Source of the DNA: Paraspadella gotoi
Taxonomy: Eukaryota; Animalia; Chaetognatha
Direction: 5' to 3'
Length of the DNA: 64,000 bases
Assembly (NCBI GenBank): GCA_051294375.1
Contig: CM119267.1
Coordinates: 17,769,780 to 17,833,779 of the forward strand
The notes beneath the pieces are model-generated. The model ran no database searches. It worked only from the letters and a program-made list of their open reading frames with translations, and was not told the origin of the DNA. Shown piece by piece: positions 26,722 through 39,936 of this stretch. The position numbers and the translations under genes were made by a program. Position 1 is the stretch's first letter. The number at the start of each line of letters is the position of its first letter.

Positions 26722-27020
26722 AACAATCATGCAGCGTTTCAAATCCGAGTTTTGACGAGAAGATTTTCATTGGAAAAAGGTGGGTCTTTGTGCTCTCTTC
26801 ATCAGGTCTTCTAATGATGTCATTAGGTCTCTTTTTCAAACGATGTTTAAGGCTCTTTTCCGTGCTAAGTTGAAGAGAGTTTCCGATAGATTGTAGGTGT
26901 TGCCTGCGTCGAGAACCAGCTGATTGGCAGTATGGATTGGTAGATCTAAGAATATTCTCATTGCTTGGATATGGAGTTTGTCTACTTTTGGCCATTGATG
27001 CAATTCTGTGAGAGATTAGT
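26721..27020 (-). mobile_element. Possible 5'-truncated non-LTR retrotransposon (LINE, Jockey/I-like) ORF2 C-terminal remnant
   Basis: The frame 27003-26836 (not the one in the ORF track) reads LHQWPKVDKLHIQAMRIFLDLPIHTANQLVLDAGNTYNLSETLFNLARKRALNIV*, resembling the post-RT pattern 'l.kL..lQ..alR.....P..t.n..l......l...l...a'. By-eye similarity only. Confidence 0.4.
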
Positions 27021-27033
27021 ACACACTACACAG

Positions 27034-27645
27034 TAAGGCGTAGTGAAAGTTACATACAAAAATTCTAAAAGTCAATTATGAACAACATACCATCAGTGAA
27101 CATTAATTTGTAAAAAAAATTAATTTTATGTTTTTTAATTTTCGCAGTAGGCTATATTTATATATAGTACTATCCTTATAAAATCGAAAAATTTCAAAAT
27201 AGGCTTTTTTTAATTTTGATTGCAGATTTGAATTCCTCGTCAAAAGTTGATAAAAGAAAATATAATTCATTTTTAAAAATTCTTTCATTAAGTAGGTTAA
27301 AAATTTAAAAAACTATATTTAATATATAAAAAGTTAAATTTCAGTTTAAAATATAGCTTTTTCTAATTTTTGACCCACTTAATGAAGGAATTTTTCAAAA
27401 AGAGTTATATTTCTTTTTATCAACTTTTTATGACGAATCCAAATCTGCAAAAAAATCTTAGAAAAAACTGTTTTGAAATTTTAACATTTATTGGTTTAGT
27501 ACTAGTATAAATATGGCCTACTGCGTAAATTGTAAAATTTATTATAAATTTTTTTTATACATAAATGTTCATAAGTATAATGTTGTTCGTTCCTCACTTT
27601 TAGAATTTTAATTAAAGTTAAACTTAGGAATTTTACTACGCCTTA
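27034..27645. mobile_element. Foldback-type MITE, 612 bp, imperfect palindrome, 8-bp target-site duplication
   Basis: Termini TAAGGCGTAGT / ACTACGCCTTA; flanking direct repeat CTACACAG at 27026-27033 and 27646-27653. Internal inverted matches: aattctaaaagt/acttttagaatt, cgcagtaggc/gcctactgcg, tgcagatttg/caaatctgca, aaaagttgataaaa/ttttatcaactttt, ttcattaagt/acttaatgaa. Confidence 0.85.
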
Positions 27646-27728
27646 CTACACAGCCATTACAATTTTGTGATTTTTGTCACTTCTTTTTCTTTGCTAGTTT
27701 TTGTATAATTATAGACCCCTTAGACGTA

Positions 27729-28100
27729 CTAGTTGCTGTCCAGGGTTATTTACTTTTCAATTCAATTCAATTCAATTCTCTCTCTTAGCCCCTTCTCTCT
27801 AGTTGCTGTCCAGGGTCATTCACTGTTCAATTCAATTCAATCCAATTCAATTCTCTCTCTCTTAGTCCCTTCTCTCTAGTTGCTGTCCAGGATCATTCAC
27901 TGTTCAATTCAATTCAATTCAATTCAATTCTCTCTCTCTTAGTCCCTTCTCTCTAGTTGCTGTCCAGGGTCATTCACTGTTCAATTCAATTCAATTCAAT
28001 TCAATTCTCTCTCTCTCAGTCCCTTCTCTCTAGTTGTTGTCCAGGGTCATTTAGTGTTCAATTCAATTCAATTCAATTCTCTCTCTCTTTGTCCCTTCTT
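27729..28100 (+). repeat. Minisatellite, about 5 copies of a 77-bp unit containing (TTCAA)n and (CT)n
   Basis: agttg(c/t)tgtccagg recurs at 27731, 27801, 27878, 27955, 28032. Confidence 0.95.
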
Positions 28101-29745
28101 TCCACGTCATATCTCTCAACGCTCTCCCGCGCTTTTATAATCATTCCTCATCATTTCGCTGCCAAGTGATTAACATTTCATCGAACCGACGTGAATGTCA
28201 ATGGCTTCTCACGATATAAACCTGCTCCCGCAATTTCTTTTGCTTTTTATGCATCGCCTAAAAAGAGTCATTTTCTAGCGAGTTCGCCTTTTGTCCGATC
28301 ACATTCCCGAATCCACAAGAGTGAACACAAAAGTGGTCGAATACACAGCGTCGCTTCTACAACCTTTCCACAAGAGTGGTCGACTGAAGGTTTCCAAAAC
28401 GTTGCCACTTCGTAATATCCACGAGAGTGATAAAACTCCACAAACCACATCCTCGCCTCCACAACGTCGCCACCGTTACAACGACGCCAGGCGTCACCTC
28501 CATCTCAACGCGTCGTCGTTATTTGTCATTTCCATCTGACGTTTTCTTTCCTTTCGCCTCGAGACTCGATGAGGTCAGATTCCTTATCCTTTCCAGTCTC
28601 TGCCAGTAAGAAAGCTAAAAATCTTAATCTCGATCTTGATTTAAATTTGAAGCTCAATTCGATATTAATAAAATTGTAACGCTAAAATTAAAATCTAACA
28701 AAATAAATCTTAATTAAAAATAGGAACCTGACAACATTTTTATAAAAAGCGTTGCCGAGACAAAAACGACAACGACGACGATAAGAACGGCTACGATATT
28801 TCCCGATAACTGACGAAGTGAAAAAAACGAACATGACAGCGACGACGTCTGTTACGACGAAAACGACGACGACGACGACTACTATGCCGATGAAAACTGC
28901 GACGATAACGACGATATATCGACGAAGACGACGACGAAGACGACGACGAAACCCATAAAAGTTAAGTTTTGCTCGTCGTATAATTAAGGGGGAGATTTTC
29001 GCTTCGATATTAATCTGGAGACGAGGAAGGCGACGCCGACGACTTGAGCCGCACAGTTGCAAGAAGCGAGAAAGCGAGAGAAGCGAAAACTAGTATCGCC
29101 TTCAATCGCGAACTTCGGGTCATTGTGCGCGGGATTCTTTTTTGTCGAAATCTCGGGGAAAAAAAAAAGAAAGGGTCACTGTGGAGAAGGAAAAGATTTC
29201 GCGGCCGCAATCAGAGAGAAAATTCGATCAACAATCAAAAAAGGAAAGAAAGCACGACTTTCCCGCAGCCCCATAAATTCGGCCCACAATTGCGTTAGCC
29301 CACAAGTGCATTCGTCCACTAATGCCTTTGCCCTCGAATACATTACCCCACGAATTCGTTTTTTCACCCACCCACAGAAGAATCAAGCAACACCGCGGCT
29401 CGTGTGATAAAATCCTCTCACAAAGGACGATATTATCCCTTCTTTCTACATTTTTCTCTTTAACTCAACCGCTCACGGGTAACAATTTCCCTACGAGCGG
29501 ACTATTAATCACTGCCAGTTCATTATACTTCACTGCATTAGTTTACTCTATATCTCTACGGGTTAATTAAGTTAATTTGAAATATTCTGATCGTAAACAA
29601 CTCGTACCACTTTAACTCGAAAACAAACAACGCTATTCTTTTCCAAGTCTTTTCCCAAACAACTCTCAGCTCTGCTCGGCAGTCAAGCAACTCAACGATT
29701 TTCCTTTTAATCCGACTCCACTCCACGACCGCCTTCACCACCTCC

Positions 29746-29833
<88 letters not shown>

Positions 29834-29979
29834 AGCGACAACTTTCGCAATCGTAGGTCGAAGCACCTTTTCTCCCTTTGGAATTTCTTCCTTTCATCCA
29901 ACGACAGCAGCTGGGTTGTCGCCGCAGCTGGCCGGCGGCTGCGGCTTACGCTTGGCGTTGCGGCCAAGCCACTGACGGA

Positions 29980-30016
<37 letters not shown>

Positions 30017-30860
30017 CAGATAAAGACAGACCCATAGAGAGAGAAACAGAGAGACAGAGACAGAAAGAGAGAGAGACAGAGAGAGAGAGAAAGCGTGTTG
30101 CCGAAGTGGTGAAAGATTAAATCCAAGATATCAAGCGAGAAACATGATCGAGATTCTTTTTTTTTCCCAGGGAGGCAGAGAAGAGAGAGACGAGAGAAAA
30201 GGAGAAACCGCGAAATGATTGTATCACGGGCTGCGTGAGCTTTCTTCTTGAGTCAAGATATTTCTCGTGAACGAGGAAAGGGAAAGGCCAATTGAGAAAG
30301 TAATCTTGGAAAGTCACAAAGGCGCAAACCTTTGTTTGGACTGTAATCATAATTGCACTTGTTGCTGAGTAACGATAAAACAAATTTTTCTAAAATATTA
30401 ACACTTTGCAATAGCTTGTCTTCTTCAGAAAACATAATTATAATAAGAAGAAAAATTATAAAAACATATTGAGCAAAACTTTGTTAGGTGAAGGTGAACT
30501 TGCAGATCATAAAGTGAAAGTGAGAGTTCGTGAAAGTGATAGTCGGTCAGTCCATTGGATACCGAAATTCGAAAACCATATCAGCTAACCCGGACATAAA
30601 CGAGCAACTTCGATCATAAAAAGTTGCACTGGGAAGAAAAAACTGGAATATTTCATGAATATGGTAATCGTGAATTTCTCGCTCTCTCTCTCTCTATTTT
30701 TTCTCTCCCCTCTCAGGGTATCTGTCTCTATCTTTTCCACACGCTATAGAACAGAGAGAGAGATATTTTGAATAAAAATAGGAGAAGAAAGAGAACGAGA
30801 GAGAAAAAAAATGGGATAAGTTTCGTTGTCTTGCAAATTCTTTGGACTTTCTTTTTCTTT

Positions 30861-31211
30861 TTTTAGTTACGCCGCGAGTACTCGCGGAGCAACTCTTTAA
30901 GTCACTTTTCGGTCGGTCTGTCGATCGGTCGGTCGGTCCGTCAGTATGTCTATCCGTCGGTCTGTCCCACTTAAAAATGTATATAATTTGCCTATAGTTG
31001 GTTTCTCATTGTTAAGACAGAAAAAAACCTAAAATCTAAGGGATTGCTCGCGCCGCTTTCAGGAAATCCTAAAACTATAAGGAATAAAAGTCGGAATTCC
31101 GATGCTAAGGTTATTGTAGTCATGTAGTCATGTCATGTCATGTTATGTCACGAGAAATACTCGTGATAAGGCAGTCACTGCGGCGCAAAACATTTGAATT
31201 ACCGGTTTGTT
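30861..31211 (+). mobile_element. HINE / DINE-1-like element, second family, copy 2
   Basis: T run, then agttacg + perfect palindrome CCGCGAGTACTCGCGG (30872-30887) + agcaact. (GTCG/GTCY)n at about 30910-30968; 3' gcggcgcaa (31180-31188) is inverted to the 5' gttacgccgc. Ends ttgtt into a T run. Substitution-rich homology to 12395-12704. Confidence 0.8.
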
Positions 31212-32942
31212 TTTTTTTTTTTTTTTGGTTTTTTTTGCTGAGCGTAATCTGTTTTTAGCGGATTTCTCTCTCTGTGAATGAGAAAAGAGAAAATAAGAGA
31301 AGAAAGAGAAAATAAGAAAAAATACTCGTGATTTGAAAAGACGAAGGGATGAGCCTTTATTTTCCAAAAGAAAATGTTTGGATGTCGTCTCGTTTAATAA
31401 AACAAATTTAATTTAAAAATATTTTGGGAAAAAAAAATTGAACGTCGACTGGGGAAACGGTTTTGTTAGCTAGGATCTTGAAAAAATCTTTTTTTTTAGA
31501 TTTTTCTGTCTCATTTTCACATAAACTTTTTAGCCGGCATTGTTTGCTCAAACGAACATCTAAGATTTTAACGTTCAACTGTTGGTCGAACGAGTAAAAC
31601 TATCCACGCAATCCCGACTCTCGATCGTCACGTCAAATCTATACAAGATTTTAGATTTTGACAATTAAAACCGACGCGCGAGAAAAATGAGCCAGATTTT
31701 TAAACGAATTATCACCGAAAGAGAGAAAGAAAAAAAGTCCGGCCGAATTCTCGCTTTTTCTCCTTCCCCCCCCCACCTCATTTTTTTGGTCCCAGATTGC
31801 GGGGCGGAGAAAATTTGTTGGATCATCAGAAATCCCCGTCTTAAACGGTCGGATACAAATGGTCGGATCGACGTTAAGGCTTTTTAAAAGATAGGATCCT
31901 TTGGGTCACGTGACGTTAGAGGCCAAACGAGGGCGATTCTTAAGGGGAGAGAGTTGGATGGGGGGGAGTGGAGAGAGCGTGGTTGTTGTTTTTTGTTCTT
32001 GTTGTTGTTGTTTTTCGAGCTTGTGGTCAGCGGGTTAATGGTCGGGAACGAGATTAGCGAGTTGCTAAAATAGTTGAAGTGAGAAAGCCGACTGGCGTTT
32101 GCAGCGAGTGGCATTTCGGGCTTGTGGCAAGCGGGGTTTTGTTGAGTTGTAAGTAATCTAGTATAATTTTATATCTAGTAAAGTTAAGTTAAAGTTTAAA
32201 TCTAGTAAGCCTAGTAAAGTTAAGTTAAAGTAAACTTTAAATCTAGTAAAGTTTTAAACCTTTTTGTATTTTTTTAAATTTTAATCGTTACCTTTTACCA
32301 AAGACTAAGCGTATTTTAAATTGGTGCAGCCAATTTAAAATAATTATTCATTCATTCATACAAGCAAGCTTTCAATCAAGACTCTTTGTCTTGTTTATTC
32401 ACTGTATGTAAGTTACAACTACTTTGCAAAAAAATTACCGCAGCTCCGCAGCACGCAAAATATTGGATGCTAAACAGCGAAGCCAATAAACTGCACCAAA
32501 ACTCAGAAGAGTTTACATCAACTTTCAGCGAGATGAACGAGAGAGACGCCGCTAGGGGCGCCAGCGACGCCGGGAATAAAGATGAGGAGGCGTGGCAGCC
32601 GCGGCAGCCGCAGCAGCCGCCGCAACCGTGGCACCGACCTTCGCTTCGGTTTCCGCGGGAAATCGAGCGGGAGCTTTCGCGAATGACCGCCCCAAGTGAA
32701 AATGCCCGTTGGTTCAATGAGAATTCACCAGATAGCGGAAAATCGCTGAGACAGAAAGTGAATATCACTGATATAAAAAGACGCGGTTATTCGTCCACAG
32801 TGTGATCGTCGTGAATTGAAAGAGACAAGTGCAATCACGAGCTCAAAGTTTGTTTCGTTTTCAACTTGTAAAATTCCCCTTCTCTGGCCTTATTTTTCTT
32901 CCCTGCAATATTGTGTTCTCTCTCTCATTCTCTCCCTCACCA

Positions 32943-32977
<35 letters not shown>

Positions 32978-33456
32978 CTCTCCTTCTTCTCTCATCTGCT
33001 CAGCACTCTTCTCTCTCTATCTCCTCTCTCTCAACGCTCCCTTTTCGCAGCCAAACCTCGCAATCGTCTCCCTCTCCCCCTCCACTTGCCGCTCAATCGA
33101 TTCAGCCCCATGGCCCGAGAATATTGAACGACTCCATTTCACGAACCCTAAAAAAAAACAAAAAACCCCTCACCCAGTTTTAAAACGGAAATCATTACCT
33201 TCCAATTAACGCTTTTTAGTCGGTCCCCGTTAAAGTTTCATTTAATTTTCTTTAATGACACGGAATGACGACAACGACGACGACAACAGCAAACGAAGTC
33301 GGAATTCCACCCTCACTTAAACTTACCCACCCTTACCCGAATACACCACAGGGTTTTGCCTGATCGAAAGCGTGGAAACTCGTTCATAAATCTAATCAGT
33401 GGATGACAGGCAGGGGCAGAGTCCGGACGGAGTTGAAGGGTTTTGAGGGTTGGGAA

Positions 33457-33513
<57 letters not shown>

Positions 33514-33982
33514 AGAATGGATTGGAGACCACAAAAACGACTAACAGCGAATAGAAGGGCGGGAGAGAAAGAGACAGTCGAGAATACTGAGATGTGAGCA
33601 GTGAGCACTGAGCAGGGTTGTCTATTGAGTTTCCATTGCGGACACGATGAAGGCGTTAATTGCGAAATCGTGATAGTTGCATCATGGACAACTCGATTCA
33701 TTTCTGTCTTCTGCCACAAAGGGTCACTCCTTTCCGCATCTAAGGACATTGATTAAAACCAAATTAATTATCATTTAAGCAAAATAATTTATCGATTAAC
33801 CGAGGCTCAACCAATCACAAGCGAGGAGAATAAAATACACCTTGAAATAAAATGAAAAGGAGGCGAGAAAATGAAACGAACGAAATTCTCTTCAGTCTAA
33901 AATTCGTAATGAATTTCGGAAGCTGAGAAACGATGCGGACGGAGAATTAAGTTGAGAAATTTGGCGGAGATGGGAAAATGGA

Positions 33983-34016
33983 GGGGCGGAATGGGGGGGC
34001 GGGGAGTTGGGGGGGG
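33983..34016 (+). other. G-quadruplex-forming motif
   Basis: ggggcggaatgggggggcggggagttgggggggg has four G runs of 4 or more with short loops; a similar motif lies at about 54195-54230. Confidence 0.5.
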
Positions 34017-34464
34017 AAAGGAGGTGTAAATAATTAGGGACGATGAAGACGGAAGGAGGAAAGAAAGAAATGCGATTATTGAATAGAATAAGGAAAGGAA
34101 GGGAAAGGAAGGTAGGAAAGGATAATGAGAAGCAGGGAATTTTTGTGGGAGGAAGGGGTATTAAAGTGAGAAAGAAAGGAGGAAAGTGTTAAGAGAAACC
34201 TGCGTGATGGAGTGAGTGAATAACGAGGAAACTTGGTCGGGTAAGTTTGGGTGTGAGAAAGTAAAACTGACGGGAGTAGCGAGTGTGGTCTTTGAAAAGC
34301 CCCGTGATTTTGTGAGGAGTGAATGAAAGAGTGAGAGTTTTTTTTTTTTTGTTTCTCTCGGTAAAAATTGAAGGAGAAACGAGAAGAAAAAATTTGGGAG
34401 TGAAAATTCGGTCGAGCGAATTGGATTTTTGGGGAAAAGGTTCTTTCTTTCAATTTTCTTTTTT

Positions 34465-34560
<96 letters not shown>

Positions 34561-35415
34561 TATTTTTCCGATTTTTTTCCCTTCTTTCTTTCATCGGAAA
34601 ATTTTGAAACATTATCAGTTATTAATAATTGCGAGAATTTTCGTCTAAGGATTTTTAATTATTATTCATTCAGGCGAGCCTTTGAAATTTCAAAAAGACG
34701 ATTTGTGGAAACCGCCGCCGATGACGACGACGACGACGACGACGACGACGGCCGAAATAAAGCGGGAGTCATTAATTTTTTTTTATCCAAGTTAATTTCA
34801 ATCAAGCCTACGCTCTCTCTCTCTCTCTCTCTTCGTCTCTACTCTCGGTCCTCTCTCATCTCTCTTCTCTTCTTCATCTCTCTCTCTCTTTCTCTGTTTA
34901 TCATATTATTTTCTTTCTCTCGGTCAACGGCCAACTCGACATAATATTATGTTATCAGAGGCGAGAGCCGCGGCCGAGCCGATCGACCATCGGTTTCCGA
35001 TGCCTTTCACCTTCTCTGGCCACTTTGGCCACAATGGCTGGTTTTACTGTTTAGTCCGACAACAAGGAAGAGAAATTTTAGTTTTACACTCCTTTATATA
35101 TATTTCTTACTATATTTAGGCATTTCGCCGTTCGCATTTTATTCACAACGATAAAAAAATTATCCTTCCTATCATTCCTATTTTTTTTCCTTAATCCGTC
35201 GACTCCTTCCCTTATCTTCATCCTCCTCTTCCTCCTCCTCCTCCTTCTCTTCACCCTTCATCACCGGTCAACGGGTAAGGCCACAGTTCACAGTTCACAA
35301 TTCACACTTAACAGCGAAGACTTCACAAGATTCACCTTCACAGCTGCCGCGCCTCGCATTTTTGCCGCGCCGGTTGCCTGGCAGAGGCCGCTTCGCCTGG
35401 CACGTCCCTAGCCTA

Positions 35416-35460
<45 letters not shown>

Positions 35461-35744
35461 GCTGGCTCTCGCTTATGGTCTTTCGAACCATTTTGCAGTC
35501 CCCTTGATACATAGCGCTCCACCGCAGGAATATCAAGGAGTGAGAGCAGAGGAAAATAAATGAGAAGAAAAAAAAGAGGAGGGGGAAAGAGAGGAGAGAG
35601 AGAAGAGAAGAAAGAAGAGAGAGAGAGGCAGAGAGAGAGAGAGGAGGAGACGAGAGAGAGGAGAGAGGAAGAGAAACGGAGTGAGAGAGAAAGAGAGAGG
35701 AGAGAGAGAGAGAGAGAAGAGGACACACCCGCACCCAAACTACA

Positions 35745-37211
35745 GAGAGAGAGAGAGAGAGAGAGAAAAGAGAATAGAGGAAAAGATTAGGCGTAAATTA
35801 GGAAATAGAAACACCTACGTCCAAATGAATTAGTCCTCTCCTCGAGTTTAAATTTTGTCAAGTTGCATATTTTCCCTTTCCCTTCTCTACTCTCACGACC
35901 CTCCGTACATCTACGTTTCGCACTCTTGATTAAGGGTTTTCACCTCCAAAGGACAGCGGATGTGAAATTCTCACATTTTTTTTTCACGCTGTGCGATGAT
36001 TTGTAAATGGGAAGGTTTGAGACGAAGTGCCGAAAAGATGCTTTGATTTGATTCGCTTTTGATGCGATTTAAGGAAAATATTAAAAATATCTTGCTCGGA
36101 TAGGTTTTTTTCTCACGCCTATTTGAAATTACGACGAACTTGTCTTCTAATGCCACAAAAACAAAAGACGCCGTCTCAGCGACTCTAGATAATCAAGACT
36201 ATAGGAGATTTAGTTGACACAAGCGCGCAGGCATCTGGGAACAAGAGGTGCAAAATAAATTTATCAAAGAAGTCAAAAGAAAATGAATAAGAAAGGGGGG
36301 GAATCGGGGATAATGAACGCAAGAGAGGAGAAGAACAGAGGGAGAGAGAAGAGAGAGAGAGAGGGAGAGCGAGATGAGAGAAGAGAAGAGAGAGAGAGAG
36401 AGAGAAGACGAGAGAGAAGAGAGAGAGAATTCTATGGAAAGGCAACCGGAAAAAATAGAAAAATTCTCTCGATCGATTTTTTTTTATACGCTCGAAGCGA
36501 CATCGCTGTACGAATCGAGAAAAGAAAAAATTGAATAAAAAGAAAAAAAAACGAAAACTAAACATATTAATCTCCTTTTTCTTTTTTTCACATGGATTCT
36601 CCTCATCTACTCTCTCTCCTCTCTCTCTCTTCTCTCTCTCGCTCTCTCCTCTCTCNNNNNNNNNNNNNNNNNNNNNNNNNAGAGAGAGAGAGAGAAAAGA
36701 GAATAGAGAAAGATGAGGCGTAAATTAGGAAAATAGAAACACCCGACGTCAAATGAATTAGTCCTCTCCTCGAGTTTAATTTTTCAAGTTTGCATATTTC
36801 CCTTTTCCCTTCTCTACTCTCACGACCCTCCGTACATCTTACGTTTCGCATCGTGATAAGGGTTTTCACCCTCAAGGACAGCGGATGTGAATATTTCTCA
36901 CATTTTTTTTTCACGCTGTGCGATGATTTGTAAATGGAAAGTTTTGAGACGAAGGTGCCGAAAAGATGCTTTGGGATTTGATTCGCTTTTGATGCGATTT
37001 TAAGGAAAATATTAAAAATAGTCTTTGCTCGGATTAGTTTTTTTCTCACGCTATTTGAATTCGATCGAATTGTCTAATGCACAAAAACAAAAGACGCCGT
37101 CTCAGCGACTCTAGATAATCAAGACTATGGAGATTTCAGTTGACACAAGCGCGCGGCATCTGGGAACAAGATTGCAAAATAAATTTTATCAAAGAAGTCA
37201 AAAGAAAATGA
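35745..37211 (+). repeat. About 530-bp direct duplication (35745-36287 vs 36681-37211); the second copy lies between two 25-N gaps
   Basis: gagaatagag...aattaggaaatagaaacacc...aagtcaaaagaaaatga in both copies; differences are mostly indels. Confidence 0.9.
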
Positions 37212-37236
37212 NNNNNNNNNNNNNNNNNNNNNNNNN

Positions 37237-39612
37237 CATTCCATTCCAGCTTATCCATCCATCCATCCAATCCGCCCCCCTTATCCAATTTTTTTTTTCC
37301 ATTCTGACAACGCCGTCCATTTAGGATCATATCTCTTTTCTTTTCCTTCCAAGATTTGAGTCCCGGCGAGAGAGACGCTTCTTCGGACGTCTCATGTGGC
37401 GTGGAAAAAAAGTTGGATAATAATTGTTTTCTCCGATTATTTTGTTTGCTTAAAAAAAAAAAAAAGAAATCGTGGCTACGGTCGATTGGTGGCATTGCTT
37501 GGTGCTTGGTGTTGACCGCAGAGACACAACCCATTCTCTTTCCCAGGGTCATGGGAAGAAAAAAAAGGGTGGGTTTTGACCCGATGCGCTGAAACGTATC
37601 GGCGTGGACCGCGTTTTCTTTGACGGCCGACCCTTCGGTCAAGAGGTCCTCATAACTCGGTGACGCCGATCGGTTGGATTTTTTTTTTTCATTTCTTTTT
37701 CTTATCTTTTCTTTTCTTTTTTTTTTTGATGAACGATCGAGAATCGGACGAGAGGAGCGAAAATAACCCAAGGTTTTTTTTTTTTTTGGATCGAGATGAA
37801 TTCGCTGATATTTAACATTTGTATAATATATCTAGACGAGGACTATATATACTTACGACCGATTATAAAAATCATCCATTTTCATTCAAGTGAATTTGCC
37901 ATCTGGCCACCTGACTTTGTACAGGTTGGTTAAGGCTCGCAAATCTCCAACAAGGATAATAGCATATGAAGGGCCCTGCGAGGTTTTCAATCAAGTCACA
38001 TTCTATATTATCCCTTCCAGTTCCTGGCTTTCCTTATCGATGAAGTGGAAACATTTTTTATTTATTTAACCTAATTGGATAAAAAGAATCATTATTGTTA
38101 AAAATTAGATAGGATTTTACTACTTCTTTGCACTACTTGTAATTTACATAGTTTAAATAGGTATTGGTTTTTTCTCCTAATCTATTTTTCCCCCCCCTTT
38201 TTTATTTTTTTTTTGCCTTTCCCATTCGCGCTGCCTTCACCACCATTCGCCGGATCAGTAGTTCGTTAAATATCGGATTTTCTCGTTTACTTACCCGACG
38301 CCAAATGGACGGAAAGCGTGATAGTCATGGCGACGGAGATTGGCTCTTTAAGGACGGAATACCGTTTGAGACGAGAGAGCAGAGGAGGAAGGAGAGAGAG
38401 AGAGATGAGAAGAGATGAGAGAGAGAGAGAGACGAGAGAGAGAGAGAGAGAGAGGGAGAGAGTATATTCTTCTTCCTGAAAAGGGCATATTGATTCATGT
38501 GGTGGTATTATATTTTGTAATTTCTTACCAGCAGTAAATAATAATAATTAATAAATTAAAGAATATTTTTAAATAATTATATTCCTTGATAAACGAACAA
38601 AGAAAATTAAAAAATATGAATTTTGGGGACGAGATTTTTCTATTCAACGCTCTCTATCGATAAATAAATATTTAATAAATTTCATACGTATATTATCGAA
38701 GTTTAAAATTTTTTAAAAAGGTTAAACAAGATTGAACATTTCCAAAAAGTCTCGTACAGAATTGACGTCACCAAGGATAACGTTAACGCATCCGGAAGTG
38801 GATAATAGTTAGCGACAAATTCGTCGTGTTTGCGAAAAGAGTCGCCATAAGTACGTTTACAGTTGAGTTCAGTCTTAACTGTTGTTCGCCCGTTTTTTTT
38901 TTCTTAACCTTTTTTCTCCAACTATTTTATACACACTATATTTATCTCTCGGAAGGTATATTTTCTTTCACTTTCTAAAACCTTCAACGTTCCTCTCTCC
39001 TTTTCCAAGGTTCACTCAGTCTGTGTTCCGTCTTTCAACTCCAAGATTGCATTCGCTTCTTAAGTCTCTTCCTTATTTTCTTTTTTTCTCACTTTTTTCT
39101 CTTTACTTTTCCTTCCTTAAGATTTTCTTCTTTCTGTCGTTTTCTCGGCTCTTCCTCCTTTTCCTCCCTCTGCTCTCTTTTTTCTTTTTTCATCTTCCCC
39201 TTTCTTCCTTCTTGTTCCTTAATTCCTCCTTTCTCTTTCCTATCTCGTCCTCCTCCTTCCTTTTTTTTTCTCCCCCATCTCCTTTTTATTCATTTTATCT
39301 TCCTCATTCTGTCTCTTTCTCATTCCTCCTTTTGCCCTTTTTTTACTTTTTCTTCCTGCCTTCCTCCCTTTTTTTTTAACTATCTCTTCCTCCTTCCCCT
39401 TTTTATTTCTTTTATACATTTTCAATTTCCTCTTTCCTCTAATATATTCCACGTCTACCTTTCTTTTCCAATTCACCTCTTGTCTCCATTTTTTTGTAGA
39501 ATCTTTCTCGAACGCAGTTCATCAATATGAAAATTAAGGAGAGGGCCCACCAGGCTGGAAAGTGTTTCACCCTGTTATTCCAGGTCGAGTCTATTTTGAC
39601 CTTTTCCGGGGG
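37237..39612 (-). repeat. Left arm of a 2.3-2.4-kb inverted duplication (reverse complement of 42871-45160)
   Basis: For example ccattctgacaacgccgtccatttaggatcat (about 37300) vs atgatcctaaatggacggcgttgtcagaatgg (about 45070), and tcgagtctattttgaccttttccggggg (about 39590) vs cccccgggaaaaggttcaaaatagactcga (42871). Collinear throughout. Confidence 0.95.
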
Positions 39613-39624
39613 GGTAATGAACGC

Positions 39625-39697
<73 letters not shown>

Positions 39698-39885
39698 ATC
39701 CTATGGAAAGGCAACCGACGAAAAAATAGAAAAATTCTCTCGATCGATTTTTTTTTCTATACGCTCGAAGCGACATCGCCTGTACGAATGAGAAAAGGAA
39801 AAAATTGAATAAAAAAGAAAAAAAAACGAAACTAAAACATATTATCCTCTTTTTTCTTTTTTCACATGAATTTCCTCTCTTCTCT

Positions 39886-39936
<51 letters not shown>

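Noticed and set aside
26720-26995. 91-aa ORF MAKSRQTP... as a host gene
   Set aside because: No recognisable features; the alternative frame resembles a LINE ORF2 tail.
27729-28100. Regularly spaced repeats as a CRISPR array
   Set aside because: The intervening sequences are near-identical microsatellites rather than unique spacers; no cas genes; eukaryotic context.
32386-32805. 139-aa ORF containing QPRQPQQPPQP
   Set aside because: Openness is largely explained by a GC-rich gcagcc repeat patch; no domain or convincing splice sites. Not excluded, but unsupported.
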